NCBI GenBank assembly: GCA_965205215.1
Contig: OZ242041.1
Coordinates: 384,001 to 448,000, forward strand
Origin: Nitrosopumilus sp.
GTDB taxonomy: Archaea > Thermoproteota > Nitrososphaeria > Nitrososphaerales > Nitrosopumilaceae
DNA: 64,000 nt
Direction: 5' to 3'
Below, piece after piece: positions 20,642 through 31,100 of this stretch; position 1 is the first letter of the stretch; every line of letters starts with the position of its first letter. A model generated the notes under the pieces. That model searched no databases. It saw only the letters and a list, made by a program, of their open reading frames with translations, and had not been told where the DNA came from. The translations under genes and the position numbers were made by a program.

Positions 20642-21607
20642 ATGCCAGGTGACAGACAGCGGACGACAGCAACAGCAGGGAGGAAGGGCAAGGGGCGCCC
20701 GCCAAGAAAGACCGCGATGAGGGGCTTTGGCGGAACGGAGAGGGTAAACCACGACTCTGGGGAGTTTTACGCAAGGAGGATGTTCTCAGGCGGGGGTGGC
20801 AGTGCTGGCGATGGCGGCAACGGCGGCGCCCAGGCGGTGCGTGAGAACGACATCGGCGCGTGCAGGGACACGGTCATGTGCGGCGACAGCACCAGCCTAT
20901 CAAAAATTCCGGACTCGAGCGTGCACCTCATGGTGACGTCCCCGCCCTACAACGTGGGCAAGGACTATGATGCCGACATGGACATGGACCAGTACCTCGG
21001 GATGCTTGACCGCGTGTTTGCCGAGACGTACAGGGTGCTGGTGCCGGGCGGAAGGGCGTGCGTCAACATTGCAAACGTGGGGCGCAGGCCGTACGTCCCG
21101 CTCCACTCGCACATCATAACGCTGATGCTAAAAAGCCAGTTTCTCATGCGCGGCGAGGTCATCTGGGACAAGGGCAGGGGGGCCGGGACGTCCACCGCAT
21201 GGGGCAGCTGGATGTCGGCAAGCAATCCGACCCTACGTGACACGCACGAGTACATACTGATATTCTCCAAGGGAAGGTTTGACAGGCGCAGGGACGGCAA
21301 GAGAAAAAGCACGATAACGAGGGACGAGTTTCTGGAATATACGAAGAGCGTGTGGAGCTTTGGCCCCGAGAGAGCAAAGAAGGTGAACCATCCGGCGCCG
21401 TTCCCGGTGGAGCTGCCGCGCCGGTGCATACAGCTCTACACCTTCGAGGGGGACGTCGTGCTCGACCCGTTCGGCGGATCCGGGACGGCGGCAGTGGCCG
21501 CCATACGGACAAACAGGCACTTTGTGTCAGTTGACATCAACAGTGAGTACGCGGCGGCGGCCGAAAAGAGAGTAGAGTCCGAGCTTGCGCGGGCCGAACC
21601 GGCCTAG
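20642..21607 (+). CDS. Orphan beta-class DNA amino-methyltransferase (probably m4C)
   Basis: TSPPY, HPAPFP, VLDPFGGSGT in beta order; no adjacent endonuclease. Confidence 0.9.
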   Translation: MPGDRQRTTATAGRKGKGRPPRKTAMRGFGGTERVNHDSGEFYARRMFSGGGGSAGDGGNGGAQAVRENDIGACRDTVMCGDSTSLSKIPDSSVHLMVTSPPYNVGKDYDADMDMDQYLGMLDRVFAETYRVLVPGGRACVNIANVGRRPYVPLHSHIITLMLKSQFLMRGEVIWDKGRGAGTSTAWGSWMSASNPTLRDTHEYILIFSKGRFDRRRDGKRKSTITRDEFLEYTKSVWSFGPERAKKVNHPAPFPVELPRRCIQLYTFEGDVVLDPFGGSGTAAVAAIRTNRHFVSVDINSEYAAAAEKRVESELARAEPA

Positions 21608-21712
21608 CTTCTTCGGCCCGGCGGCCTTGTGGCACAAGTCACACATGTAGGTCTTGCAGGGCGATACGCAGTCGTCTGCCCTCGCCACCAGGGCGCCGTA
21701 GCCGCAGCGAGC

Positions 21713-22273
21713 TCAGATCTGGTACTGCTCTGGCGCCTTCCTGCGTAGGAGGGTTATTACCCCCTCCCTCTCGCCCTTTGCCGCGTATATGCCGCGGAAC
21801 GCGGACGACGTCAGCAGCGCGTCGTTCCGGACGCCGCGCATCTTCATGCACAGGTGCTCCGCGTCGGCCACGACGGCGACGCCGCGGACACCCTGGGAGT
21901 ACAGCTCGTCGGCGATGTCCTTGGTCAGGCGCTCCTGTATCTGGAGCCTCCTGGAGTACTTCTCGACGAGCCTGACGAGCTTTGATATGCCAAAGACCCT
22001 GCCGTTTGGGGAGTAGGCTATGTGTATCTTGCCGTAGAACGGAAGCATGTGGTGCTCGCACATGGAATAGAACTGTATGCCGCAGGCCACCACCGTGTCG
22101 GAGTCCTCTGAGAACTGCACGGAGAGCTCCGAGTCCGACTCGTACCCGCCGAATATCTCCCCGTACATGCTGGCTATCCTTGCCGGCGTCTCGCGCAGGC
22201 CCTCCCGTGTGGGATCCTCGCCGAGTTCTATGATGATCTCCCTGATCAGCCTTCTTACGCGCTCCTCGTCCAT
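21713..22273 (-). CDS. folE: GTP cyclohydrolase I
   Basis: REGLRETPAR, CEHHMLPF, RLQIQERL, HLCMKMRG. Confidence 0.95.
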   Translation of the reverse strand: MDEERVRRLIREIIIELGEDPTREGLRETPARIASMYGEIFGGYESDSELSVQFSEDSDTVVACGIQFYSMCEHHMLPFYGKIHIAYSPNGRVFGISKLVRLVEKYSRRLQIQERLTKDIADELYSQGVRGVAVVADAEHLCMKMRGVRNDALLTSSAFRGIYAAKGEREGVITLLRRKAPEQYQI

Positions 22274-22333
22274 TCCCTGCAGCCTGATCTGGAACGGATG
22301 CGGGTGTATATGTACTTAGTTTGCAGCCTGCTG

Positions 22334-23984
22334 GTATAGACTCAGGTCGCCACGTCTCATGATTCGAGCATATGTGAAGGACCGTCTCAGCATGTGGCGG
22401 CGACAGAGGGCACCGCCGTTGTAGCCTGTACCAGCCGTTCGACGCGCTCCGGGCAGTCGGGCGGTTTGAATATGCGCCAGTCAGGATCCTCGATCATGCG
22501 CTCCACCGCCATACGCGGGAACACACCCATCTTCTGGCACGTGCGCGCGACGGACACCAGCACGGAGAACACGTGGCGCCCGTCGGGTTCTGACAGCTGG
22601 TGGCGCACGTTGCGGTGCAGCACGACGGTATCGCGTATTTCCAGCTCGGCGGCGTTGTTATGGGGCGGCATGCCCGGACATCTGAGGAACGTGAACAGGT
22701 GCGGGGCGGCGTTCTCCAGCGTCTCGCGGAACCCGTGACCCTTTTTGTAGCCCGACGCTATGCGCAGCACGGCCCTCTCCAGGTTTAGGCACTCGGCGCC
22801 GTCCGCCGACTCGCGGCTTTTGATCCTCCGGTACATGGAGAGCAGCCTGCGGTAGCACGACAGGTCGTCCCCGCCGTTTCTCACGGCGTATTTCTCGGCC
22901 TCGCGCAGTATGTGGGCCCAGCAGCGCTGCCTGACCGGGAGCATGCCGTACGCGACATATCCGTCCGTGACGGCCGGCATGCCCAGCAGGCCGCCAAAGT
23001 GCAGCTCCAGTACGGCCGCGGCCCTGCTCGGGGCCGCCACGATATACGTGGCGTCCCCTGTAGTCGCCAGCCATACGTACCCCCTCTTGCCGTTCATCCT
23101 GATAACCGACTCGTCGAACTGGACGAACGCGGCGCGCGAGATCCTCTCTAGGATGCCGTCGTACGCGGCCCCGAGCAGGTTCCTTATCGCCCTGCGCGCG
23201 TTCCAGACCGCGTTTGCGGACACCGAAAAGCCGTAGAGCGCCCGGAAATAGTACGATATGGTCGAGTCAGTCGACCTCTTGGCGTAGTATTCGAGTATGA
23301 ACCCTAGGGCCCTCGGGCCGAACGACGTGCCGGGCGGCAGGGGAGCCGGGGCGGTGCTGACCGCGCTGCACCTCCTGCAGAATCCGCGCTCGAGCACGTA
23401 CGCGACCGTCTCGATGCACCTGCTGCTTTCATCCGGAAAGTCGTTTACGATTCTCGTGACGGGGGCCGCGTACGCGAGGTGGCCACGCCCACAGTTCCGG
23501 CACCGGTACAGGCGCATGCGCTCCCTCCTCGAGGGCCTGTTACCGTGGGACGCGCCCTCGTGCCCCTCCGGAGGCCCGCTGCGCCTGCCCGCCGCGCTTT
23601 CTTTCGGTTCAGGTCCGCCCCCGTCCCCCTCCTCTTCTGCCAGCCTCTTCCGGAACGCGTCGCGCTCCGCGTTGTATATGGAACCCGTGGAGGACGGCGC
23701 GTTCGGGCTCTCGTATTTGGCCAGCCTCCTGTCCTGCTCTGCAATAGTCTCCATAAGCAGGTCTATCTGCTCCTCAAGGCCGGCCCTTATCCTGTCACGC
23801 TCGGCCTCCACCCGGGCGACTGCATCCTGCAGCCTCTTGATCTCCGCCATCATCTTGGCCATCTCCCGACGCAGCAGTGCCGTCTCGGAATCGCCCATGG
23901 ACAATTTGCAGAATATATGATCTATAAGCTTGTCGGCCTGCCAGAGTTGCCAACAGGGTCACAGGCATGGACGTGAGTCCATAC
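22334..23984 (-). mobile_element. Single-ORF IS66-family element, 1651 bp
   Basis: Imperfect TIR GTATAGACTCAGGTC / GTATGGACTCACGTC; 8-bp TSD GCCTGCTG (22326-22333 / 23985-23992). Confidence 0.9.
22387..23904 (-). CDS. IS66 family transposase
   Basis: N-terminal coiled coil, zinc ribbon, FDES, TDGY..Y, QRCWAH, NNAAE. Confidence 0.92.
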   Translation of the reverse strand: MSMGDSETALLRREMAKMMAEIKRLQDAVARVEAERDRIRAGLEEQIDLLMETIAEQDRRLAKYESPNAPSSTGSIYNAERDAFRKRLAEEEGDGGGPEPKESAAGRRSGPPEGHEGASHGNRPSRRERMRLYRCRNCGRGHLAYAAPVTRIVNDFPDESSRCIETVAYVLERGFCRRCSAVSTAPAPLPPGTSFGPRALGFILEYYAKRSTDSTISYYFRALYGFSVSANAVWNARRAIRNLLGAAYDGILERISRAAFVQFDESVIRMNGKRGYVWLATTGDATYIVAAPSRAAAVLELHFGGLLGMPAVTDGYVAYGMLPVRQRCWAHILREAEKYAVRNGGDDLSCYRRLLSMYRRIKSRESADGAECLNLERAVLRIASGYKKGHGFRETLENAAPHLFTFLRCPGMPPHNNAAELEIRDTVVLHRNVRHQLSEPDGRHVFSVLVSVARTCQKMGVFPRMAVERMIEDPDWRIFKPPDCPERVERLVQATTAVPSVAATC

Positions 23985-23997
23985 GCCTGCTGCCGCC

Positions 23998-24756
23998 TCA
24001 GGGGGCCCCGATCAGCTTGTGAAGCTGTGGAACCACGCGGACGTCGGGGTGGATGGGGCGCACAGCGTCATACATCGACAGCAGGAGGCCAAGCGGCGGC
24101 TCGTCCCTGCCGTGTGTAGGCTGTATTACGAACCCCGACATGGCGCCGTCACGGTCGTCCTCCCGCCGCCCCGACGACTCCCGGCCCCTCTGCAGGACGT
24201 CACGTATGGCGGACGCCAGGTCCCGTATCTCCTGCACGGCGGTCCTTGAACTGACCACGATCTTGACGTACGTGGTCTTGCGGGCGGAGACTGCACGCTC
24301 AAGGCACAGGAGGGCCTGCCCCGTCATCCTGTCATGGTGCCCGGCGTCGACAAACTCAGAGTCGCTCGTCTTGAACTCGACCTTTGCAACGTCGATGTGC
24401 GGCAGCACGTGCGCAAAGCGTTCCGCGTCAAAGCACGACGACTCCAGATACGTCAGCACCCCGCGCGCGTGAGCATGCACGTGTCCCGCAAGCAGCGCGA
24501 CGGCCTCGTGCTGCATGAGCGGGTCGCCCCCAGTAAAGTTGACCTTGTACGTGTGGTCCTGCAGCGAGTCGTCGATCAGCCCGGCGGCCTCCTCAACGGA
24601 ATACTCGGTTCCGGAGTCAAGCGGGAGGGACTCGGGCGTGTCGCAGTAAAAGCACGTAAACGGGCACCCGGCCAGCCGCACGAAGAGGGTCTTGGTGCCG
24701 TACAGGATGCCCTCGCCCTCGACTGACGTAAATACCTCAGATAGTCTGACCCTCAA
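23998..24756 (-). CDS. queE: 7-carboxy-7-deazaguanine synthase (radical SAM)
   Basis: SVEGEG, RLAGCPFTCFYCDT, TGGDP, PQLHK. Confidence 0.92.
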   Translation of the reverse strand: MRVRLSEVFTSVEGEGILYGTKTLFVRLAGCPFTCFYCDTPESLPLDSGTEYSVEEAAGLIDDSLQDHTYKVNFTGGDPLMQHEAVALLAGHVHAHARGVLTYLESSCFDAERFAHVLPHIDVAKVEFKTSDSEFVDAGHHDRMTGQALLCLERAVSARKTTYVKIVVSSRTAVQEIRDLASAIRDVLQRGRESSGRREDDRDGAMSGFVIQPTHGRDEPPLGLLLSMYDAVRPIHPDVRVVPQLHKLIGAP

Positions 24757-24791
24757 GCAACGGTGTTAGTACTGCTGATTATTTATGTCAG

Positions 24792-24989
24792 TCAGTGCAT
24801 GACGGGTTCCTTTGTGTAGAAGAGTCCAGCGATGAAAAAGGCGATTCCGAGTATTCCTATGGTGCTGCCCACCAGCTCGATCTGCGGCTGGTAGCTGTCC
24901 GTCTCGAACGGCGCCCACAGAAAGGCCATGAGCGCACCCACCACAATCATGGGGATACCCACGCCCACCGTAATCTCCCTTGACGCCAT
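24792..24989 (-). CDS. Small two-TM hypothetical protein
   Basis: MASREITVGVG..., two hydrophobic helices. Confidence 0.7.
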   Translation of the reverse strand: MASREITVGVGIPMIVVGALMAFLWAPFETDSYQPQIELVGSTIGILGIAFFIAGLFYTKEPVMH

Positions 24990-25212
24990 GCCCCGCGCTG
25001 GCCTCGGATTGTATATGAACTTTCTTGCCCGGAGCGCGGGCGTCCCGTACAGGAGACGCCTTCCCTCTTCCTTGTCTCCCCGTCTTCTCTCCCTCCTCCC
25101 TACCCCCCCCCCCAAGCATCACGCGGCACGGAGCGTTGCCGTGCGGCAGATGCGGCATGCAAAAGGCTGCGCGCAATGAAAGGGTTATTTGATTAGTAAT
25201 CGGTGGTATGTC

Positions 25213-26616
25213 ATGCCAGAGGGGCTCTTGCACGGCTGCACGGGACGAGGGCGGTGTCGACAAGAGCGCGGCAGCCGCCCCAAGGCGGCGGCCCCGTTCC
25301 TCGCCGCGGCGGCCCTGCTTCTTTTGCTGGCGCCGTCCCTGCCCTTCGAACCGCCCGGCGCTGACCGGAACGCGGGGCAGTACCTGCAGGCCCCGGCCTG
25401 GCCGGGCGTCATGGCCGGGCACGGCCATGATGATGATGCCTACGTGCAGTCCGCCTCCGCGGCCACCCACGACGGCGAGTATGGCGGCTTTGTCTCGTTT
25501 GGAAAAAAGGTGTTCAGCTGGACCGACACGGTTCACATAACCATAGTGGCGCCCGACCACAACTTTGACTCGAGGGCCGTGGACACCATAGGCGATACCG
25601 AGCACGACCCGATAAAGATCTCCACCAGGGAGGGCACGCTTGAAAGGTACAAGCTGGTCGAGACGGGTCCGAACACTGGCATATTCACCGGAGAGGTCAC
25701 GCTGATCGGATTTGACCACGACGCGGACGGCGACTCGCGGACGGGCGCGGACGGGCGCGGATTTGACAACCCGCAGCGGGAGACCGGCGGCAACGGGCCA
25801 ACCAGCGGCCACATCAAGGCCGGAAGCGACGACGCAATTACGGTCTCCTTCGAGTATACCGACGGCCACACCATAGTGGGCACCGCCCCGATAAGTTGGA
25901 ACATGGGGCAGATAGAGTGGTCCGAGCGGTCATACCCGGCGTCCGGAACCGGGACGGTCAGGGTGATTGATCCCGACATGAACCTGAATCCGAATGCAGT
26001 CAACAGCTTTGAGGTCGACGTGTGGTCGGACTCCGATGCAGGGGGCATCTCGCTTGTCGTAACCGAAAAGTCCGAGTCGTCCGGGATCTTTGAGGGCGCC
26101 GTAACGTTTACCGCTGACGACCGGTCCTCCGGGCACCGGCTGAAGGTGGCAGAGGGCGACATTGTAACTGCAAGCTACAAGGACAACACGCTGCCGAACC
26201 CGTACAGCGAGGCAGACGAGCAGTCGGTCACGGCCGCGTCGCAGATAGGGGCCTTGGTGGCGCCGCTAGACAGGGTAAGGACGTCCGAGCTGAGGATTAC
26301 GGACGGGTTCAACGTCGACATGGGCAGCTCCATATCGGAGGGCCAGCAGGTGCAGGTATCGACAAAGCTGACAAACCAGCAGGAGAGAAAGCAGCAGTTC
26401 GTGTACATCATAGTGGTCAAGGACGCCGAGAGCGGCGCGGTCTCCTCCCTGTCATGGGTGACGGGGCACATGGATGCCGGACAGTCCCTGAGCGTCTCCA
26501 CATCATGGATGCCGGAGGCGGCAGGCCTGTACGACGTCACGGCGTTCGTGTGGGAGTCGCTTGTAAGGCCCAGCGCGCTGTCGCCGCCGTCCCAGATCAT
26601 GGTGACTGTAAACTAG
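25213..26616 (+). CDS. Secreted S-layer-like/Ig-repeat surface protein
   Basis: Hydrophobic signal region; repeated ETGPNTGIF / ESSGIF modules, VIDPDMN; start uncertain. Confidence 0.7.
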   Translation: MPEGLLHGCTGRGRCRQERGSRPKAAAPFLAAAALLLLLAPSLPFEPPGADRNAGQYLQAPAWPGVMAGHGHDDDAYVQSASAATHDGEYGGFVSFGKKVFSWTDTVHITIVAPDHNFDSRAVDTIGDTEHDPIKISTREGTLERYKLVETGPNTGIFTGEVTLIGFDHDADGDSRTGADGRGFDNPQRETGGNGPTSGHIKAGSDDAITVSFEYTDGHTIVGTAPISWNMGQIEWSERSYPASGTGTVRVIDPDMNLNPNAVNSFEVDVWSDSDAGGISLVVTEKSESSGIFEGAVTFTADDRSSGHRLKVAEGDIVTASYKDNTLPNPYSEADEQSVTAASQIGALVAPLDRVRTSELRITDGFNVDMGSSISEGQQVQVSTKLTNQQERKQQFVYIIVVKDAESGAVSSLSWVTGHMDAGQSLSVSTSWMPEAAGLYDVTAFVWESLVRPSALSPPSQIMVTVN

Positions 26617-26733
26617 TGGCGCCGTTCGTGCCGTACCGAGGGGGCGGCGTCACGGCGTCCCAGTTCTCCTCTCCCCCCCCCCCCCAAACACGACCAGCGC
26701 TGTTTTTAAATTGGGACGCGTGCGCGTTGCCGC

Positions 26734-28080
26734 ATGGCGGGCAAGTCCAGAAACCGGGACTCATACAACATGATATTTGCAAGGCTGAGGGAGCACCACA
26801 AGTGGTTTGCCGAGTCGATTCCGCTCATAGCGAGCGAGAACATTCCGAGTCCGGCCGTCCGGGAGGCGATCGCAACCGACTTTGGAAACCGCTATGCGGA
26901 GGGCTGGCCCGGCGAGCGGGTCTATGCCGGATGCACCAAGATAGACGAGGTCGAGGTGCAGTGCATGGGCCTTGCAAAGAGGCTGTTCAGGGCCAAGTTT
27001 GCAGACGTGCGCCCCATATCGGGCGTGGTCGCGAACCTGGCCGTGTACTCTGCATTCTCGGATCCCGGAGACACCATGCTTGCGCCCTCGATACCGGCCG
27101 GCGGGCACATCTCGCACGGCAAGAGGGACCACTCCGGCACGGCGGGACTGGTGCACGGGCTTGAGATCGAGTTCTACCCGTTTGACGCGCAGGAGATGAC
27201 GATAGACGTGGACGAGACCAAGAGGCGCGTCAGGAAGCTCGCCTCGAAGAGGGCCGCGAAGGGCAGCGGCAGGCCCAAGATAGCAATGTTTGGCGGTTCG
27301 CTCTTTCTGTTTCCACACCCCGTAAAGGAGCTGGCGGACTTTCTAAAGGGGTACGGCATGCACATAAACTACGACGCGGCCCACGTGGCCGGGCTCATCG
27401 CCGGCTCCAAGTTCCAGGACCCCCTCAGGGAGGGGGCGGACACCATGACGATGAGCACGCACAAGACCCTGTTCGGCCCCCAGGGCGGCCTCGTACTGGG
27501 CGCCGCGGAGCACGAGGAGGCAATAAAAAAGGCGGTGTTCCCGGGCCTGACAAGCAGCCACCACATCAACAACATGGCAGGCAAGGCCGTGGCGTTTGCC
27601 GAGGCCCTGGAGTTCGGCAAAAAGTACGCCGCCCAGGTGATAAGGAACGCAAAGGTCCTGGCAGAGGCCCTGAGCGCCGAGGGGTTCAGGGTGCTGGGCG
27701 AGTCGAGGGGCTTTACCAAGTCGCACCAGATCGCGCTCGACGTCCTAAAGTACTCGGACGGCGGGCGGGTCGAGGCCGACCTGGAGAGGGCCAACATCAT
27801 AGTGAACCGGCAGCTCATACCCGGAGACATCAAGGCAAAGCGCAACTACTTCCGTCCGGGGGGCATAAGGCTGGGCGTCTCAGAGGTGACGAGGCTCGGC
27901 ATGAAGGAGGCCGAGATGGCCGAGATTGCGTCCCTGATACGGCAGGTGGTAATCAACGGGAAGGATCCCAAGAGCATACTCAGAAAGGCAAGGGCGCTCA
28001 GAAAGGGCTACCAGACCGTAAAGTTCTGCTTTCCTGACGGGGCGCGGCGCGGGGCCTACGAGTACGTCAGGCTCAGGTGA
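26734..28080 (+). CDS. glyA: Serine hydroxymethyltransferase
   Basis: LIASEN, YAEG, GGHISHG, DAAHVAGL, STHKTL. Confidence 0.96.
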   Translation: MAGKSRNRDSYNMIFARLREHHKWFAESIPLIASENIPSPAVREAIATDFGNRYAEGWPGERVYAGCTKIDEVEVQCMGLAKRLFRAKFADVRPISGVVANLAVYSAFSDPGDTMLAPSIPAGGHISHGKRDHSGTAGLVHGLEIEFYPFDAQEMTIDVDETKRRVRKLASKRAAKGSGRPKIAMFGGSLFLFPHPVKELADFLKGYGMHINYDAAHVAGLIAGSKFQDPLREGADTMTMSTHKTLFGPQGGLVLGAAEHEEAIKKAVFPGLTSSHHINNMAGKAVAFAEALEFGKKYAAQVIRNAKVLAEALSAEGFRVLGESRGFTKSHQIALDVLKYSDGGRVEADLERANIIVNRQLIPGDIKAKRNYFRPGGIRLGVSEVTRLGMKEAEMAEIASLIRQVVINGKDPKSILRKARALRKGYQTVKFCFPDGARRGAYEYVRLR

Positions 28081-28125
28081 CTGCCGTTCGCACGTGCAGC
28101 TTGCAGGCTGCCGCGTGACCGTATC

Positions 28126-31100
28126 TCACATGTAGTCGCTGAGCATGAGCTGGTCCCCCTTGCTCTTGCCGAAGACCATCGAGATCTCGTCGGCAAGCAG
28201 GGCTATCCTTCCGCGGTTGTAGCTCCCGATGTCGTACCTTTTGGCCAGGCTCTTTGCAAGCATCAGGTACTTTTCCACGCCCGGCCTCGTTATGTTGGGC
28301 GTCAGCCTTACCCCGCACTGGGCGCACTTGCGCGTCAGCGGGATGCGCCTGAACCGCGTGCCGCATTCGGTGCAGCGGAACTCCTGCCTTGCGTACGCCC
28401 TCAGGTTGCCGGCCATGTCCGGCAGCAGGTGGGTCGTTATGACGTTCAGGGCGGTCTCGTCCGGGCTGACTGCCCTGATCATCTCCGCGTTCTTCAGCTG
28501 CAGGTCAAGCTTGTTGAGCATGGAGCCCAGCACGGAGTACGCGCTGCGCGACCTTGACGTGGTCAGGGTGGACGTCTCGTGGGTGAAGAGGTAGTCGTAA
28601 AACTGCCTCTCCGTGTCCAGCCTCGACTTTATGATCTCAACGGAGTCGACGCTGCCGGCCTTTTCCCTGCGTGCGGCCGACTCGAAGAACTCGAGCGGAA
28701 AGGACCGCGCGACCTCCAGGTTGTGCGCCTGCGGCTGCGACTCGTGGGGCAGTACGAGGGGCTGGACCAGGAGCGGCGCGTCCATCAGTCCGCCTATCCT
28801 CCCCGACAGGAACGCCTTTGAGAAGTTCAGCAGGCAGTCCATCAGCAGCATGATGGAGTCCGCGTCGCCGTCGGCGTCCCGCCGCTTGGCAGAGTGCCAG
28901 TTGGGGGTTGCAAAGCACACGTGCGTCTCGGCAAACCCGATGATTCTGCCCACTATGCCGACTGACGTGTGCGGCGCGAGTCCTATGACCAGATGCCCCG
29001 CCATGTCCTCCACGGCCCTGGCTTTGTAGTACGGCTCTGCGCCGTGAAACTTTGAGAGCAGCGCGTCGACATACTTGGCCGCGGCCAGGAGGTAGCGGCC
29101 GCTCTCGTACGGTATGATTACGTCCTGCATGCGCATCTCTACCAGCTGGTCCGGGTCGGTGAGCGGCCTGCCGTCCATGTCGTGCGTGTAGCCGAGTTCG
29201 CGCAGCCTCTGGACGGGGGTGCCTATCCAGGAGGGCTTGAAGTGGGTAAGCGGGGAGTTCGTCGCGTCAAAGCGCACCGTCCCGTCCTTGAAGACGGTCA
29301 GCCCGAACCCCTGGCGCAGCAGCCCCTTCTCGATGGGCTCGGCCAGCTTGTCCGTCCCTGCAAGCCCCTTGACCCCCTTGAGCGGCTCCTGCGCCCGCAG
29401 TTCCATGCGCTCCTGGGCCTTGAGCAGCTGGGCCCGCAGGGGAAACTCCAGGTTTGCATACAGGACGGTCCTGCGCCCGCACTGGTCGCACTCCTCCAAG
29501 TCAGTCGACGTGCCGCAGCGCGCGCAGCGCCTAGTCTCCACCGACCTTGCGCCGCAGTCGGGGCACGCCAAGCCCAGCGTGACGGCGCCGCAGTCGGGGC
29601 AGCGCCTGTTGCACAGGTCGGCGTAGAAGCGGTCAGAGGCCCTGGACGCCTTTATGATGTCCCTGGTGGAACCGCCCCCCTCGCCCACCGGGAACAGCAG
29701 GTGGGTCGGGGGGGACATCGCCCGGGCGGCGGCCTTTTCGGGCCTGCCTATACGTATGCCGATACACGCCGACGACTTTTTCCTGACGGCAATGCCCGAA
29801 CCTGAGAGTATGTCGAGGACGGTGGCACCGGCGTCGGCATCAATCCGGGGCGGCCTCTTGAGCAGGAGGTTGTAGAGGATCTTGGCCTCGGCGCCCCTCA
29901 GCAGTATGGTGCCGAGTGCGGGCGGGGGCCTTGGGGCCGGGACGAACTCAAAGTCTCCGTTTTTGGCTGCGGGTAAGGCGTCGCTGCCGTTGTCGCCGGG
30001 GCCGTCCTTTTCATGGCGATCTGCGGCGGCCCCGGTGCCGACGCCCCCTTGCCCGGCATGTCCGCCGCCGCCGCCGCCGCCGTCGTCGTCGGCAACAAAC
30101 TCGTGCGGCACGCCCGCCTTTTCAAGCGCCTTCTTCACAATACCGTCGCTGTAGGCGTTGCCGTAGGCAATCTCGGACTCGGATGCCGCGTCGGGTTCCA
30201 AGAGCGCCCCGAGCTCCGCGGGCCGGAGCTCGTCCCAGAAGTGCAGGTACTTGGGGTGCAGGGCCAGTCCAAACTCGAGTGACAGCGAGATGGCCTCGTC
30301 AACCGTAGGGTCTCTGAGCAGAAACTCCTCGAGGCGCCGTATCTTCCCGGAGACGGGCCCGTCAGGCGTCTGCCCACGTTCCTGCTCCCGCTGCAGCAGC
30401 CTCCTCAGCTCCTCGGTCCAGATCTCCCCCACGTAGCCGGATGGCTCCAGCTTGGCGTTGTTCTCTATAAAGTCGCCAAACGAGATCAAGACGTCGCCTA
30501 GGTGCAGAATCTCGGCGATCTGCCCCTTTACCATGATCCCGTGCTCCGTGTCCCTAATCTTGACCACGCTGCCGTCCGCGAGCCGGACCGTGGGCGTCTC
30601 TATCGAGTCTACGAACGCGACCGACGCCCCCTTGCCCGGCATGTCCGTCTTGACCTGGGTGCCGACTGCTATGGTATGGTCCAGAATCTCCGCAATCACC
30701 GGGTGAAACCCGACTGCCGCAAAGCCCGTGTTGCACGCACGCCCGTACCGCAGCCTGAATCCGCCTGGCCTGCCCGGCATGGAGAGCACAGAGCGCCCGG
30801 TGAGCACCTCCCGCATCCTCTTTGCGCCGGCGTCCTCCTTGTCGTCATAGGCGTTGTCGCTGTCGCTGCCGCCCGCGCTCCCGTCCCCCGACTGTACGGC
30901 TCCCTTGAGTTCGGCCAGCCACTCCCAGCCGTCGAGCTTGTAGAGCTCTATGCGCTTGAGAAGCTTCTTGGACCTGCCGATCAGGCCGTCGTTGAGCACG
31001 CGCAGGGCCCCTCCGCGGACCTTCTCGGTCTTGATCCTAGTCATGTTACGGTGGTTTACCACCTCAAAGTCGTCCGTGTCCACCCCGTCCAGCTCGACTG

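Noticed and set aside
19448-24756. dpd 7-deazaguanine DNA modification island
   Set aside because: No dpdA/B/C; que genes are explained by archaeosine synthesis
29890-30100. Intein in DP2
   Set aside because: No N-terminal Cys/Ser block or C-terminal HN motif; low complexity
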